Source: Desulfocapsa sulfexigens DSM 10523 (GTDB lineage Bacteria > Desulfobacterota > Desulfobulbia > Desulfobulbales > Desulfocapsaceae). From it: a stretch of 32,000 nt of DNA. The DNA is taken from contig NC_020304.1 in NCBI RefSeq assembly GCF_000341395.1, positions 2,700,001 to 2,732,000 of the forward strand, given 5' to 3'. Positions 1 through 9,406 of this stretch are shown piece after piece. How positions within the stretch are numbered: position 1 is the stretch's first letter; every line of letters begins with the position of its first letter. The translations under genes were made by a program, and so were the position numbers. Under the pieces are notes generated by a model, which worked only from the letters and a program-made list of their open reading frames with translations, ran no database searches and was not told the origin of the DNA.

Positions 1-1
1 A

Positions 2-331
2 AAAGGAAATGGTATAGATAGGGATTTCTCTTTGGAACCTCATGAGTTTAAACAAATGGTTGAGGCAATAAGAAATGTTGAGAAAGCTATGGGGATTAAA
101 GAATATACTGTGACCCCAAGAATGAAATTGGCTCAAAAATCCTGTCGATCGTTGTTTATCGTAGCAGATGTTGTAAAAGGAGATGTTTTAACAAGTACGA
201 ATATGCGCTCAATTAGACCTGGTATTGGGTTGCATCCAAAACATTATAAAAATATTTTGGGAAAAAAAGTCAAACAAGATTTGATTCGGGGAACTCCACT
301 TGAATTAAAACATGTTTGTTTTGAACGATGA
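2..331 (+). CDS. pseI: Pseudaminic acid synthase / NeuB-family C-terminal part with SAF domain (5' end outside window)
   Basis: Frame is open to the window edge: KGNGIDRDFSLEPHEFKQMVEAIRNVEKAMG...ARSLF-like CRSLFIVADVVKGDVLTSTNMRSIRPGIGLHPKHYKNILGKKVKQDLIRGTPL, typical of the PseI C-terminal SAF domain. The listed ORF start at 32 is an internal TTG. Confidence 0.85.
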   Translation, partial: KGNGIDRDFSLEPHEFKQMVEAIRNVEKAMGIKEYTVTPRMKLAQKSCRSLFIVADVVKGDVLTSTNMRSIRPGIGLHPKHYKNILGKKVKQDLIRGTPLELKHVCFER

Positions 332-449
332 CGCTGTGTAAAATGTAATTTATTGACTTGTTTCAACTACGCTTTCTTTTATTCTTCCCTCCCCCTTTCC
401 AATGAACAAAAAAAACTACCTTTTCTATTCGCAAGTGAATGGCTGAATA

Positions 450-2480
450 ATGGAATATAGACGTGAAATAGATGGATTAAGGTCTGTTGCTGTGTTTCCT
501 GTTATTTTGTTTCATGCAGGCTTTCAGTTGTTTGGCGGAGGATTTGTCGGCGTTGATGTTTTCTTCGTGATTAGCGGTTATTTGATTACCTCAATTATTA
601 TTACCGAAAAAAAGAAGGGGACTTTTTCAACTATTAATTTTTATGAACGGCGGGCAAGGCGAATATTGCCAGCTCTGTTTGTCGTTATGCTGGCTTCTCT
701 GATACCAGCGTGGTTTCTATTGACGCCAAAAGAAATGGAGGATTTTTCGAAGAGCTTGATCACAGTTCCATTGTTTGCATCCAATATATTGTTTTGGCAG
801 GAGAGTGGCTATTTCGAATTAGCGAATGAATTGAAACCACTTTTACATACGTGGAGTTTAGCCGTTGAGGAACAATTTTACCTGCTTTATCCTCTTTTCC
901 TGACATTGGTCTGGCGTTTAGGGAAGTATTGGTTATTTGGTTTTCTTTTTGTTATTTTAGTCATCAGTCTTGGGAGTGCCGAATGGGGCTTGATCCACGA
1001 TCCAGTTGGAGCTTTTTATTTGTTACCCACGAGAGGTTGGGAGCTTATAGTTGGTAGTTTGGCTGCCGTTTACACATTATATAAACAATCTCCCCCCAGT
1101 CAGACAGTATTGCGTGACCTAACAGGTGAACTCTTTGGAATAGTCGGTTTACTACTTATTAGCTATGCAATATTCACTTTTGATGAAACCGTTTCTTTTC
1201 CTGGTTTTAACGCAGCATTTCCTACTGTCGGGGCAGCATTAATTTTACTTTTTACTTCACAACGGACATGGGTTGGGAAACTGTTAGGCTCAAGGGTTCT
1301 TGTTGGATTAGGGCTGATTAGCTATAGTACATATTTATGGCACCAACCTTTGTTTGTCTTTGCTCGGTATTATTTTAGGTCAAAACCCAGTAATAACACA
1401 ATTTTCATTTTGATTTTATCTTCTGTTATCTTAGCATATTTAAGCTACCGGTATGTAGAGACACCGTTTAGAAAAAAAGACCTGATTAACCGCAATAAAA
1501 TTTTCTCATACTCAATTCTAGGCTCTATGTTTTTTGTCGTGTTGGGTGTTATTATTATGAATACTCAGGGCTTTAGTTCCCGTAAACCACAAAATATCCA
1601 ATGGGCTAGTCTTGGTGATAAAATTGATGTCGTCGGCAGAGTATGCGATATGCAGCCGGTTGATGATCATGAAAATATTAGATTGGGCTTTTTTGGAGAT
1701 TTGAGTGCTGATAGAACAGTAGGTTTATATGGAGATTCTCATGCATCAGCCCTCTCTTACCAATTGGATGACGAATTCAAGAAAAGAGGCATTAAGGGGG
1801 TCTATTTAGGCCTTGTCGGAAAGTGTCAAACCAATCCACTGTCTTCAGATAAAGGTATAAAAAAGGACACAATAAACTGCCAAAAGTCATTCAATTCTCT
1901 GTTAGACTATGTAGCGAATAATATTGATTCTATTATAGTTGTAAGCAGGTGGACTTTCAGACTCTATCCTGTGGCTGGAGCAATAGAGTCACTTGCTTTT
2001 GATAATGAAGAAGGTGGGAGGGAGTCTGAGGATTATAGAGAATATAGTGTCCTTAGAACTGATGGAACTTTTTCCTCATCTGGGATTGATAAGAAAAAGT
2101 CTTTGACTCACATGCTTGAATCCTTTTTGTCTACTAATGCCAGAGTAATACTTGTCTACCCTATACCTGAACTTGGTTGGCATGTATATTCAGAAAATTT
2201 GAGGTATTATGTTCGGAAAGGGGAGTATTTACCTGAACTTACCACAGCATATTCTCTCTATAAACAGAGAAATAAATATGTTATCAATGTGTTTGATGAA
2301 ATAAAAAGCAGAGAAAACTTAATTAGAATCAAACCTGATGAAATTTTCTGTAATACCTATAGGAAAAATAGATGTGTCGGTCAAATTGAAGGTGTTCCTC
2401 TGTATTTTGATGATGATCATGTGTCTGAGGCTGGGGCTCAGATGATTGTTGATAGGATTGTACCTACGCTGGTCTATTGA
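450..2480 (+). CDS. Acyltransferase-3 family membrane protein with C-terminal SGNH-like domain (OafA/OatA-like O-acyltransferase)
   Basis: N-terminus MEYRREIDGLRSVAVFPVILFHAGFQLFGGGFVGVDVFFVISGYLIT; LLHTWSLAVEEQFYLLYPL; C-terminal domain with GLYGDSHASALS and DDDHVSEAGA. Confidence 0.95.
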   Translation: MEYRREIDGLRSVAVFPVILFHAGFQLFGGGFVGVDVFFVISGYLITSIIITEKKKGTFSTINFYERRARRILPALFVVMLASLIPAWFLLTPKEMEDFSKSLITVPLFASNILFWQESGYFELANELKPLLHTWSLAVEEQFYLLYPLFLTLVWRLGKYWLFGFLFVILVISLGSAEWGLIHDPVGAFYLLPTRGWELIVGSLAAVYTLYKQSPPSQTVLRDLTGELFGIVGLLLISYAIFTFDETVSFPGFNAAFPTVGAALILLFTSQRTWVGKLLGSRVLVGLGLISYSTYLWHQPLFVFARYYFRSKPSNNTIFILILSSVILAYLSYRYVETPFRKKDLINRNKIFSYSILGSMFFVVLGVIIMNTQGFSSRKPQNIQWASLGDKIDVVGRVCDMQPVDDHENIRLGFFGDLSADRTVGLYGDSHASALSYQLDDEFKKRGIKGVYLGLVGKCQTNPLSSDKGIKKDTINCQKSFNSLLDYVANNIDSIIVVSRWTFRLYPVAGAIESLAFDNEEGGRESEDYREYSVLRTDGTFSSSGIDKKKSLTHMLESFLSTNARVILVYPIPELGWHVYSENLRYYVRKGEYLPELTTAYSLYKQRNKYVINVFDEIKSRENLIRIKPDEIFCNTYRKNRCVGQIEGVPLYFDDDHVSEAGAQMIVDRIVPTLVY

Positions 2481-2581
2481 GAGTCGTATTTTCGGTTTTC
2501 AATTTAAAAAGAAGAATAATTTGAGTGTAATCTGTCGAATATTTTTGTAGAAGCAGTGAATAGTTTTTTTTAATAATGACC

Positions 2582-3736
2582 ATCAGTGCTGTCTCATAGT
2601 TTTTCCCACAGTAAAAGCTGTGGAGAAGCAGGTTGTTGTTTGTCTGGCGGCCTAAAGAGATCAGTCAAGGCGCGCCGTTGATCCAGACTTGGGTGAGGAC
2701 TGCGTTTTTTGATGTACCCAGAAATGTCTTAATTTTGAGGTTTTGCTTGATCCATTTGAAAAATTGTTCGATCTGCCATCGCTCTTTATAGATTGCCGCT
2801 ATCTCTGCAGCTTTCAGATGGTGAGCGTTAGTAACAAAACGGTATTCCTGGCCAGTTTCCAGGTCTGTGTAGGCAACAAGACGAAGTGGATCCTTAATGT
2901 TTTTGAGCCTGATTTGCTGATCGTTGGTTACACCAGGACTTTTACGACCAGCCCGTTTGAGAAGATATTCAACGTCAGCATTATTTTTCAAACGAGTAAC
3001 AAAGAAAATTCCGTCTTTCATGAGGGAGGAGTACCAGCCATAATCTGTAAAACCCCTATCAAAAACAGCAAATGATCCTTTGGGAAGCTTCAGTGTTTCT
3101 TTTGCCCAGTTGATTTCATGGACTTTACCATCGGTCATGTCCATAAAAGTAGGAAGGTAACCGTCAGCATCTATACCCATGTGCAGTTTGACAGCGTCTT
3201 TTCTTTTACGGAATTCAGCCCATGGAAATACTGCTAAGCAAAGATCAATAGTTGTTGTATCAAGTAGGTACAGCTTGTTTTTAAAAGAGAATTTGTGGCC
3301 GGGTGTCACCAGTTGACACTTTTTCAACAGATCAGAAAACACAGTTTTGTAAAGAGATGCTGGCTGTTTTTCATTTACTCTTGCCAGTGTCGCCTTTGAA
3401 GTTGGTTTCATGCCGAGGTGATATAAACGTTTTTTTTGCGCCTTCAAATTATCAGTAATATCACGAAGGCTTTTTCTACTGGAAAGTTGTCCTATCAGCA
3501 TTGCCATAAACTGGCTCCAGCGGTTATAGGATCTGAATTTTTGGCCCGAATGATGAAGTTTGGCATGATCATCAAAAACATGTCTGTTAATAAGTGAAGT
3601 AATTTGACTAAGGATTGTGTTATAATGCGCCATGGCTCGGATCTCCTTGTGTTAAATGGCTTTTTGGTCGAAATCATTATAACATAAAGAGCTCTCCGAG
3701 CCTCTTTTTATTGTCCAACTATGAGACAGCACTGAT
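2582..3736 (-). mobile_element. IS4-family insertion sequence, internally deleted
   Basis: Perfect 20-bp terminal inverted repeats: ATCAGTGCTGTCTCATAGTT (2582-2601) and AACTATGAGACAGCACTGAT (3717-3736), bounding a DDE transposase ORF. No clear target-site duplication was seen. Confidence 0.9.
2594..3633 (-). pseudogene. IS4-family DDE transposase (DUF4372 / DDE_Tnp_1 type) with internal deletion and frameshift near the C-terminus
   Basis: ORF 2665..3633 matches IS4-type transposases (FRSYNRWSQFMAMLIGQLSSRKSLRD, YLLDTTTIDLCLAVFPWA, FAVFDRGFTDYGWY, YKERWQIEQFFKWIKQNLKIKTFLGTS) but ends abnormally at ...TQVWINGAP*. In another frame, immediately after VWI, the usual C-terminal tail reads QRRALTDLFRPPDKQQPASPQLLLWEKL* (2680 to 2594). 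Confidence 0.85.
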
Positions 3737-3767
3737 TTGAAATGAAGCTCAAATAAACTTTTTTTAA

Positions 3768-3804
3768 CCGGCAGCCATGGTTTTAAAACGGTTGTGGCTG
3801 TCGG
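3768..3804 (+). terminator. Possible rho-independent terminator
   Basis: CCGGCAGCCA ... TGGCTGTCGG stem (one G-T wobble) followed by ATCTTTTTCT; it lies just downstream of the IS4 element and before the methyltransferase. Confidence 0.45.
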
Positions 3805-3955
3805 ATCTTTTTCTATGCAATATTTTGCCAACTATTTTTATCGTTGGTGAAAAGAAACTTTGGAATGCCCCATGATTCTTTCGCGAGAAAGGAGGCTGTG
3901 GTGTTGGAGTCTCTTGTGCGTTATTATGGTGATATGCCTTGAGGAAGTTCTATTT

Positions 3956-4822
3956 ATGAAATGTAAAATTTGTAACTCTGGAAATTCCACAGTTTTATAT
4001 CACGGGAAAATCCGAATTGGTCGGTTTGGTGAGCTGTCTACTCAAGATCATACCGTGTTTAAATGTTTATCTTGTAAGGCAGGTTTTCTACCAAATGTCG
4101 GTTTCGATTATGAGGATTCTGAGTATCGCGTATCGGTTGAAGGTTCGGCGGAACTTGATGCATTCCAACTGTTGCATGATGTGGAACAAACCGAAAAATT
4201 GGTAGTTGTGGGGAGTGGCAATTTAAGGGGACGTATTATTGCCGATATCGGTTGTGGTGGTGGATCGTTTTTGGATCTTGTGGGTGGGATGGCTAGTGAA
4301 ACCATTGCAATAGAGCCCTGTTTGAGTTTTCAGAAAGAACTTGCGAAGAAACATAAGGTATATAGTTATGTGGCGGATGCTTTAAGTGATTGGACTGAAA
4401 AGGTTGATTTCGCAGTAAGCTTTGCAGTGCTAGAACACGTGGATGATCCACTGTTATTTTTGAAACAAATACGGGAGTTGATCAAGCCAGGAGGTAGGGT
4501 TCTGATCAGTACTCCTAATTATGATGACTGGCTACTACAATTTCACCCAGGTATTTATGACTCTTTTTTTTACCGTCAGGCTCATCGATGGTATTTTAAT
4601 GGTGAAGCGCTGCAGTCAATAGCAGTGTTGGCTGGGTACAAATCTGTTGAACTTATTTATAAAAATAGATTTGACCTGTCAAATGCTCTTCATTGGTTAC
4701 GTGATAATAGGCCAACAGGAAAGGGTAAAACGCAACTGTTTACACCATTGGATTGTGAATATAAAAAGAATTTGGAACAATCTGGTAAAGCTGATTTTAT
4801 CTACGCTTGGCTGTATCTTTGA
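3956..4822 (+). CDS. Class I SAM-dependent methyltransferase with N-terminal zinc-ribbon-like CxxC/CxxC motif
   Basis: Starts at internal ATG 3956 (MKCKICNSG...FKCLSCKAGF); motif I IADIGCGGGSFLDLV; FAVLEHVDDPLLFLKQIRELIKPGGRVLISTPN. The provided ORF start at 3860 looks too early. Confidence 0.85.
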   Translation: MKCKICNSGNSTVLYHGKIRIGRFGELSTQDHTVFKCLSCKAGFLPNVGFDYEDSEYRVSVEGSAELDAFQLLHDVEQTEKLVVVGSGNLRGRIIADIGCGGGSFLDLVGGMASETIAIEPCLSFQKELAKKHKVYSYVADALSDWTEKVDFAVSFAVLEHVDDPLLFLKQIRELIKPGGRVLISTPNYDDWLLQFHPGIYDSFFYRQAHRWYFNGEALQSIAVLAGYKSVELIYKNRFDLSNALHWLRDNRPTGKGKTQLFTPLDCEYKKNLEQSGKADFIYAWLYL

Positions 4823-4972
4823 TTACTCCAACCGGTAAACATTTGCTGCAATAATGTTAATGATACGAGTTTTATTCTTTGTTAGAGGTGGTCCAGAAAA
4901 TTTGAACAAGCTGTTAAGTGGAAAATCTGCTACCAATAATTCCCATGAAAAGATTTAAACAAGGAGCAGAAA

Positions 4973-5275
4973 ATGGCAAAAGGAACGAGAAGAAAACACT
5001 CAGCCGCATTCAAGGCGAAAGTGGCCCTTGCAGCGATGGCTGGAGACAAGACACTAGCAGAACTGGCGCAACGGTTTGAAGTGCATCCCAACCAGATCAC
5101 CGCTTGGAAAAGGCAACTGACAGAAGAGGCAGACTCTGTATTTGCCAAAGGTACTTCAAAAGAGCCAGCAGTTGATATAAAGACCCTACATGCGAAAATA
5201 GGCCAGCTAACGCTGGAAAACGATTTTTTAGAAGGTGCGCTCACCAAAGTGGGGTTGCTGAGCGTAAAGCGATGA
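4973..5275 (+). CDS. IS3-family transposase OrfA (HTH_Tnp_1-type)
   Basis: [44 protein letters not shown]; overlaps orfB at ATGA. Confidence 0.92.
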   Translation: MAKGTRRKHSAAFKAKVALAAMAGDKTLAELAQRFEVHPNQITAWKRQLTEEADSVFAKGTSKEPAVDIKTLHAKIGQLTLENDFLEGALTKVGLLSVKR

Positions 5276-6102
5276 TAGATCCAGCCCATACTCTTTCGAT
5301 TACACGACAAGCTCAAGTCGTTGAGATCAGTCGTGGTAGCGTGTATTACAAACCCAAACCAGTTAACGAAAACGACTTGGTGCTGATGCGGAAAATTGAT
5401 GAACTCCATTTGGAGCACCCGTTTATGGGGGCAAGGATGCTCCGTGATCAACTGAACCGAGATGGTGTTTCTGTCGGGCGCAAACATGTTGGAACCCTGA
5501 TGAAACGCATGGGAGTTGAAGCGTTATATAGGAAACCGGGAACGAGTAAAAAACATCCAGGTCACAAAATCTATCCGTATCTATTGAGAGGAAAGAGTAT
5601 CGATCAGTCCAACCAGGTCTGGGCTCTGGATACGACTTATATTCCCATGGCCAAAGGATTTGTGTATCTGACGGCTGTTGTTGACTGGGCAAGCCGGAAA
5701 GTGTTGGCCTCAAAACTTTCTATTACCCTCGAGGCCTGCCATGCAGTTGATGTGCTGAAAGAAGCCTTTGTTCATCATGGCATCCCAGAGATTGTCAACA
5801 CCGACCAGGGAAGTCAGTTTACCGCACAAGAGTTTATTGAGGTAGTGCACGAAAAGGGCTGCAAGATCAGCATGGATGGACGTGGGGCTTGGCGAGACAA
5901 TGTATTCGTTGAAAGACTATGGAGATCAGTGAAATACGAACGTGTTTATTTGCATGCTTATGATACAGTAAATGAGGCTCGAAGGTCTATCATGCAGTAT
6001 TTTGATTGGTATAACCGCTCAAGACCACATTCCGGATTGGAAAAAAGAACTCCAGATGAGGCCTACAACATAATGTTGCCACCAATTGAAAAGGCAGCTT
6101 AA
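5272..6102 (+). CDS. IS3-family transposase OrfB (rve integrase core)
   Basis: HTH_21-like N-terminus; DDE core [11 protein letters not shown] ... NTDQGSQFT ... [22 protein letters not shown]. Confidence 0.95.
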   Translation: MIDPAHTLSITRQAQVVEISRGSVYYKPKPVNENDLVLMRKIDELHLEHPFMGARMLRDQLNRDGVSVGRKHVGTLMKRMGVEALYRKPGTSKKHPGHKIYPYLLRGKSIDQSNQVWALDTTYIPMAKGFVYLTAVVDWASRKVLASKLSITLEACHAVDVLKEAFVHHGIPEIVNTDQGSQFTAQEFIEVVHEKGCKISMDGRGAWRDNVFVERLWRSVKYERVYLHAYDTVNEARRSIMQYFDWYNRSRPHSGLEKRTPDEAYNIMLPPIEKAA

Positions 6103-6248
6103 TTTAGGCAGAGGCTCCACTTAAAAATGACAGAATACTGTTCAAACAAACTGAGCCACCTCTGTTGGAGTTGCGTGTGCTGTCGGGTGATCCGAGCAAA
6201 TACTTCGCATTGGAAAGAGTCTAAACGTCTATCGAATCCAATCTGTTA

Positions 6249-7295
6249 ATGGTGAATAATATTTATATTGATAATTGTTTAATTGGTCCGCGTGCAAAAA
6301 CTTTTATTATAGCTGAAGTTGCACAAAATCATGACGGATCATTAGGTACTGCGCACGCTTATATTGACGCTGTCGCAAAAACCGGTGCTGATGCAATAAA
6401 ATTCCAGACTCATATTGCTTCTGAAGAATCGACCTTAGACGAACCATTTCGTGTTAAGTTCAGTTTCCAGGATGCTACCAGATATGCTTACTGGAAACGA
6501 ATGGAGTTCACATCAGAGCAATGGCAAGGTTTGGCTGGTCACGCAAAAGATGCCGGACTGGTTTTCCTGAGTTCTCCTTTTTCTGAAAAAGCTGTTAGGA
6601 TTCTTTCATCAATTGGTATGCCAGCCTGGAAGGTCGGTTCCGGCGAGGTTTTTAATAAGGATATTATTCGAGCAATGGCTCGAAATAAAGCTCCTATTCT
6701 TTTAAGTACTGGAATGAGTACATTTGAGGAAATATCTTCAGCTGTAAATATTGTCACAGATCTTGACTTGGAATTCGCTCTTTTTCAGTGTACGAGTATG
6801 TATCCAGTCCCGTTAACTAAAGTAGGATTGAATGTTATTGAGGAATTACGAGACCGTTATTCCTGTCCGATTGGCTATTCCGATCATACTGGGTCGATTT
6901 ATTCAGGATTAGCTGCTTTAGCCCAGTCAGTAGACTTGCTTGAAGTCCATGTGACCCTAGATAAAAGATCCTTCGGGCCTGATGTTCCTGTGTCGTTGAC
7001 TATGGAACAGTTGAAACAGTTGGTTGATGCTCGTGATGCATTCAAATCCATTCAGGAAAATCCAGTGGATAAAAATCTCATGGCATCTGAACTTATGGGA
7101 ATGCGTGGAATGTTTTCCAAGAGTGTATGTGTACGGAAAAAATTAAAAAAAGGTACAGTACTTGAGGAAAGTCTGTTAACTGTTAAAAAGCCTGGAAACG
7201 GCATCAAACCATCTGAAACACATAAGTTGTTAGGGTGTGCACTGGTTAGAGATGTAACACCGGATAGATTGCTTCGATGGGAGGATATAGAGTAA
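6249..7295 (+). CDS. neuB: N-acetylneuraminate synthase family protein (NeuB/LegI-like nonulosonate synthase)
   Basis: FIIAEVAQNHDGSLGTAHAYIDAVAKTGADAIKFQTH; WKVGSGEVFN; PILLSTGMST; FQCTSMYPVP; IGYSDHTGS; C-terminal SAF-like domain KPGNGIKPSE. Confidence 0.93.
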   Translation: MVNNIYIDNCLIGPRAKTFIIAEVAQNHDGSLGTAHAYIDAVAKTGADAIKFQTHIASEESTLDEPFRVKFSFQDATRYAYWKRMEFTSEQWQGLAGHAKDAGLVFLSSPFSEKAVRILSSIGMPAWKVGSGEVFNKDIIRAMARNKAPILLSTGMSTFEEISSAVNIVTDLDLEFALFQCTSMYPVPLTKVGLNVIEELRDRYSCPIGYSDHTGSIYSGLAALAQSVDLLEVHVTLDKRSFGPDVPVSLTMEQLKQLVDARDAFKSIQENPVDKNLMASELMGMRGMFSKSVCVRKKLKKGTVLEESLLTVKKPGNGIKPSETHKLLGCALVRDVTPDRLLRWEDIE

Positions 7296-8447
7296 ATGTC
7301 AAGAAAAGTCTGTATTGTTGTAAATAGCAGGGCTAACTATGGCCGAATAAAAACGGTCCTTACTGCGGTGAAAAATCATCCTGATCTTGAACTGCAGCTT
7401 ATCGTAGGAGCCTCTGCGTTACTTGATCGATTTGGCAGTGTCATAGATATAATTAAAAAGGATGGTTTTGAACCTACTTCAGTAATTTATAGTATTGTTG
7501 AGGGTGAAAACCTTACAACTATGGCAAAGTCAACCGGGCTTGCTATTCAAGAGTTAACAAGTCAGTTCGAGAATCTGAAGCCGGATGTTGCATTGACAGT
7601 AGCGGACCGTTTTGAGACAATGGCAACTGCCATCACTGCCAGTTATATGAATATTCCTCTCGCGCATACTCAAGGTGGTGAAGTGACTGGTTCCATTGAT
7701 GAGTCGGTTCGTCATGCAATCACCAAACTTGCTCATATACATTTTCCTGCAACTCAGAAAGCAGCTGATAATATAATCCGGATGGGAGAGGATCCAAGCA
7801 CTGTATATGTGACCGGTTGTCCTGCTATTGATATTTGTAACAAAAGTAGTGTTGATGAACTATCATCTGATTTTTTCGAGAATTACAAAGGAGTTGGGCC
7901 AGGAATTGATCCTTTTAAACCCTATATAGTTGTGTTGCAACATCCTGTAACGACTGAGTTTGGACAAGGGTTTTTTCAGATTAATGAAACTCTAGAAGCT
8001 ATTCGCAATATTGATATGCAAATAGTATGGCTTTGGCCAAACGTTGATGCTGGTTCGGATGATATCTCCAAAGGCTTACGGGTATACCGTGAGAAGTATA
8101 GCCCTAAAAACATCCATTTCTTTAGAAACTTTTCACCTGAGGATTATGTTAAACTTATTGGTAATTGCAAATGCTTAGTCGGAAATTCAAGTTCTGGAAT
8201 TCGTGAAGGTGCATGGTTGGGGACACCGAATGTGACCATTGGTTCCCGTCAGTTTGGGCGTGAATGTGGTGACAATGTTATTCATGTTGGTTACCAAAGA
8301 GATGAAATTGAAAAGGCGATTAAATTTCAATTAAAGCATGGTGAATATTCAAGCAACCACCTGTACGGCGATGGGCATGCAGATGAAAAAATAGCCAATA
8401 TTCTTGCTACAGCTACTTTTAACATCAACAAAAAACTCTGTTATTGA
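7296..8447 (+). CDS. neuC: UDP-N-acetylglucosamine 2-epimerase (hydrolysing), NeuC/LegG-like
   Basis: VNSRANYGRIKTVL; DVALTVADRFETMATAITASYMNIPLAHTQGGEVTGSIDESVRHAITKLAHIHF; GNCKCLVGNSSSGIREG. Starts immediately after the neuB stop. Confidence 0.93.
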   Translation: MSRKVCIVVNSRANYGRIKTVLTAVKNHPDLELQLIVGASALLDRFGSVIDIIKKDGFEPTSVIYSIVEGENLTTMAKSTGLAIQELTSQFENLKPDVALTVADRFETMATAITASYMNIPLAHTQGGEVTGSIDESVRHAITKLAHIHFPATQKAADNIIRMGEDPSTVYVTGCPAIDICNKSSVDELSSDFFENYKGVGPGIDPFKPYIVVLQHPVTTEFGQGFFQINETLEAIRNIDMQIVWLWPNVDAGSDDISKGLRVYREKYSPKNIHFFRNFSPEDYVKLIGNCKCLVGNSSSGIREGAWLGTPNVTIGSRQFGRECGDNVIHVGYQRDEIEKAIKFQLKHGEYSSNHLYGDGHADEKIANILATATFNINKKLCY

Positions 8448-8464
8448 GAATTAACGGTATACTT

Positions 8465-9406
8465 ATGAAACCTTGTATTGTTTTTGTCGGTCCTGATTTT
8501 GCTTATGAGAATCTTAACGTTCAATTCTCCAGTAAAGTTCATTTGGTACATCCAGATGCTACACAGCAAGATGTCGCTAAAGCAATGACTGGCGCTGTTG
8601 CTTTTTTGGATGCTTCAATGAAGGTTCATTTGACAAATGATATGTTTGCAAACTCCCCTGATATTTGCATTATTTCCTGCGCTACCACTGGGTCTGATCA
8701 TATAGATAGAGAGGTTTTAGATAAGCGAGGTGTTCAGGTCAGGACCCTGCGTGAAGATCTTGATCTATTGATGAATTTAACTCCTGCCGCAGAATTATCC
8801 TGGGGATTATTGATGGCATGTGCCAGGAAAATCCCTTCAGCATTGGAGCATATACGTTCTGGATCTTGGAATCGTGAACTTTTCCCTGGGATTATGATAA
8901 AAGGAAAGCAACTTGGGATAGTGGGCTGTGGCAGAATTGGTGGCTGGATGGCTCGTTATGCTAATGCTTTTGGTGCAGAAGTCGTGGGGTATGACCCGTA
9001 CCAGGAAGTATTACCGGAAAACGTGAGGAGGGTCTCTCTTGAAGAGTTATTTGAACAGAGTGATTTTATTTCAGCCCATGTTCATTTGACCGAAGACACA
9101 AAGGAAATGCTTGGTGCAAAACTATTTAACCGTATAAAGCCTGGGGCAATTTTTATTAATACTTCTCGGAGTGGGATTTGCGATGAAGATGCTTTGCTGA
9201 GTGTATTGCTTTCTGGTCGTTTAGGCGGGGCTGGCCTTGATGTATTAAATGGGGAGCCGGACATATCAGGTTCGCCATTGATTGCTTATGCCAGGACACA
9301 TGATAACTTGATAATCACCCCTCATTGTGGCGGTTTCTCCCCAGATGCTGTTAAACTTGTCTGTGATAGAGCAATGGGTAAGATCATGGACAAACTTAAC
9401 CTATGA
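8465..9406 (+). CDS. D-2-hydroxyacid dehydrogenase family (NAD-dependent, SerA-like)
   Basis: GKQLGIVGCGRIGGWMARYANAFGAEVVGYDPY; GAIFINTSRSGICDEDAL; NLIITPHCGGFS. ATG at 8465 is a plausible alternative to the TTG at 8444. Confidence 0.88.
   Translation: MKPCIVFVGPDFAYENLNVQFSSKVHLVHPDATQQDVAKAMTGAVAFLDASMKVHLTNDMFANSPDICIISCATTGSDHIDREVLDKRGVQVRTLREDLDLLMNLTPAAELSWGLLMACARKIPSALEHIRSGSWNRELFPGIMIKGKQLGIVGCGRIGGWMARYANAFGAEVVGYDPYQEVLPENVRRVSLEELFEQSDFISAHVHLTEDTKEMLGAKLFNRIKPGAIFINTSRSGICDEDALLSVLLSGRLGGAGLDVLNGEPDISGSPLIAYARTHDNLIITPHCGGFSPDAVKLVCDRAMGKIMDKLNL

Larger units (their letters stand above)
4884..6163 (+). mobile_element. IS3-family insertion sequence
   Basis: Imperfect terminal inverted repeats AGAGGTGGTCCAGAAAATTTGAAC (left) and reverse complement AGAGGTGGCTCAGTTTGTTTGAAC (right), flanked by GTT on both sides (4881-4883, 6164-6166), plus orfA/orfB. 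Confidence 0.88.

Noticed and set aside
3860-3955. N-terminal extension of the methyltransferase (MECPMILSRERRLWCW...)
   Set aside because: The protein-like zinc-ribbon start MKCKICN at 3956 is far more plausible; the extension is probably translated leader.
4930-5487. 185-aa minus-strand ORF within the IS3 element
   Set aside because: Antisense to orfA/orfB, which have strong transposase motifs; no independent support.
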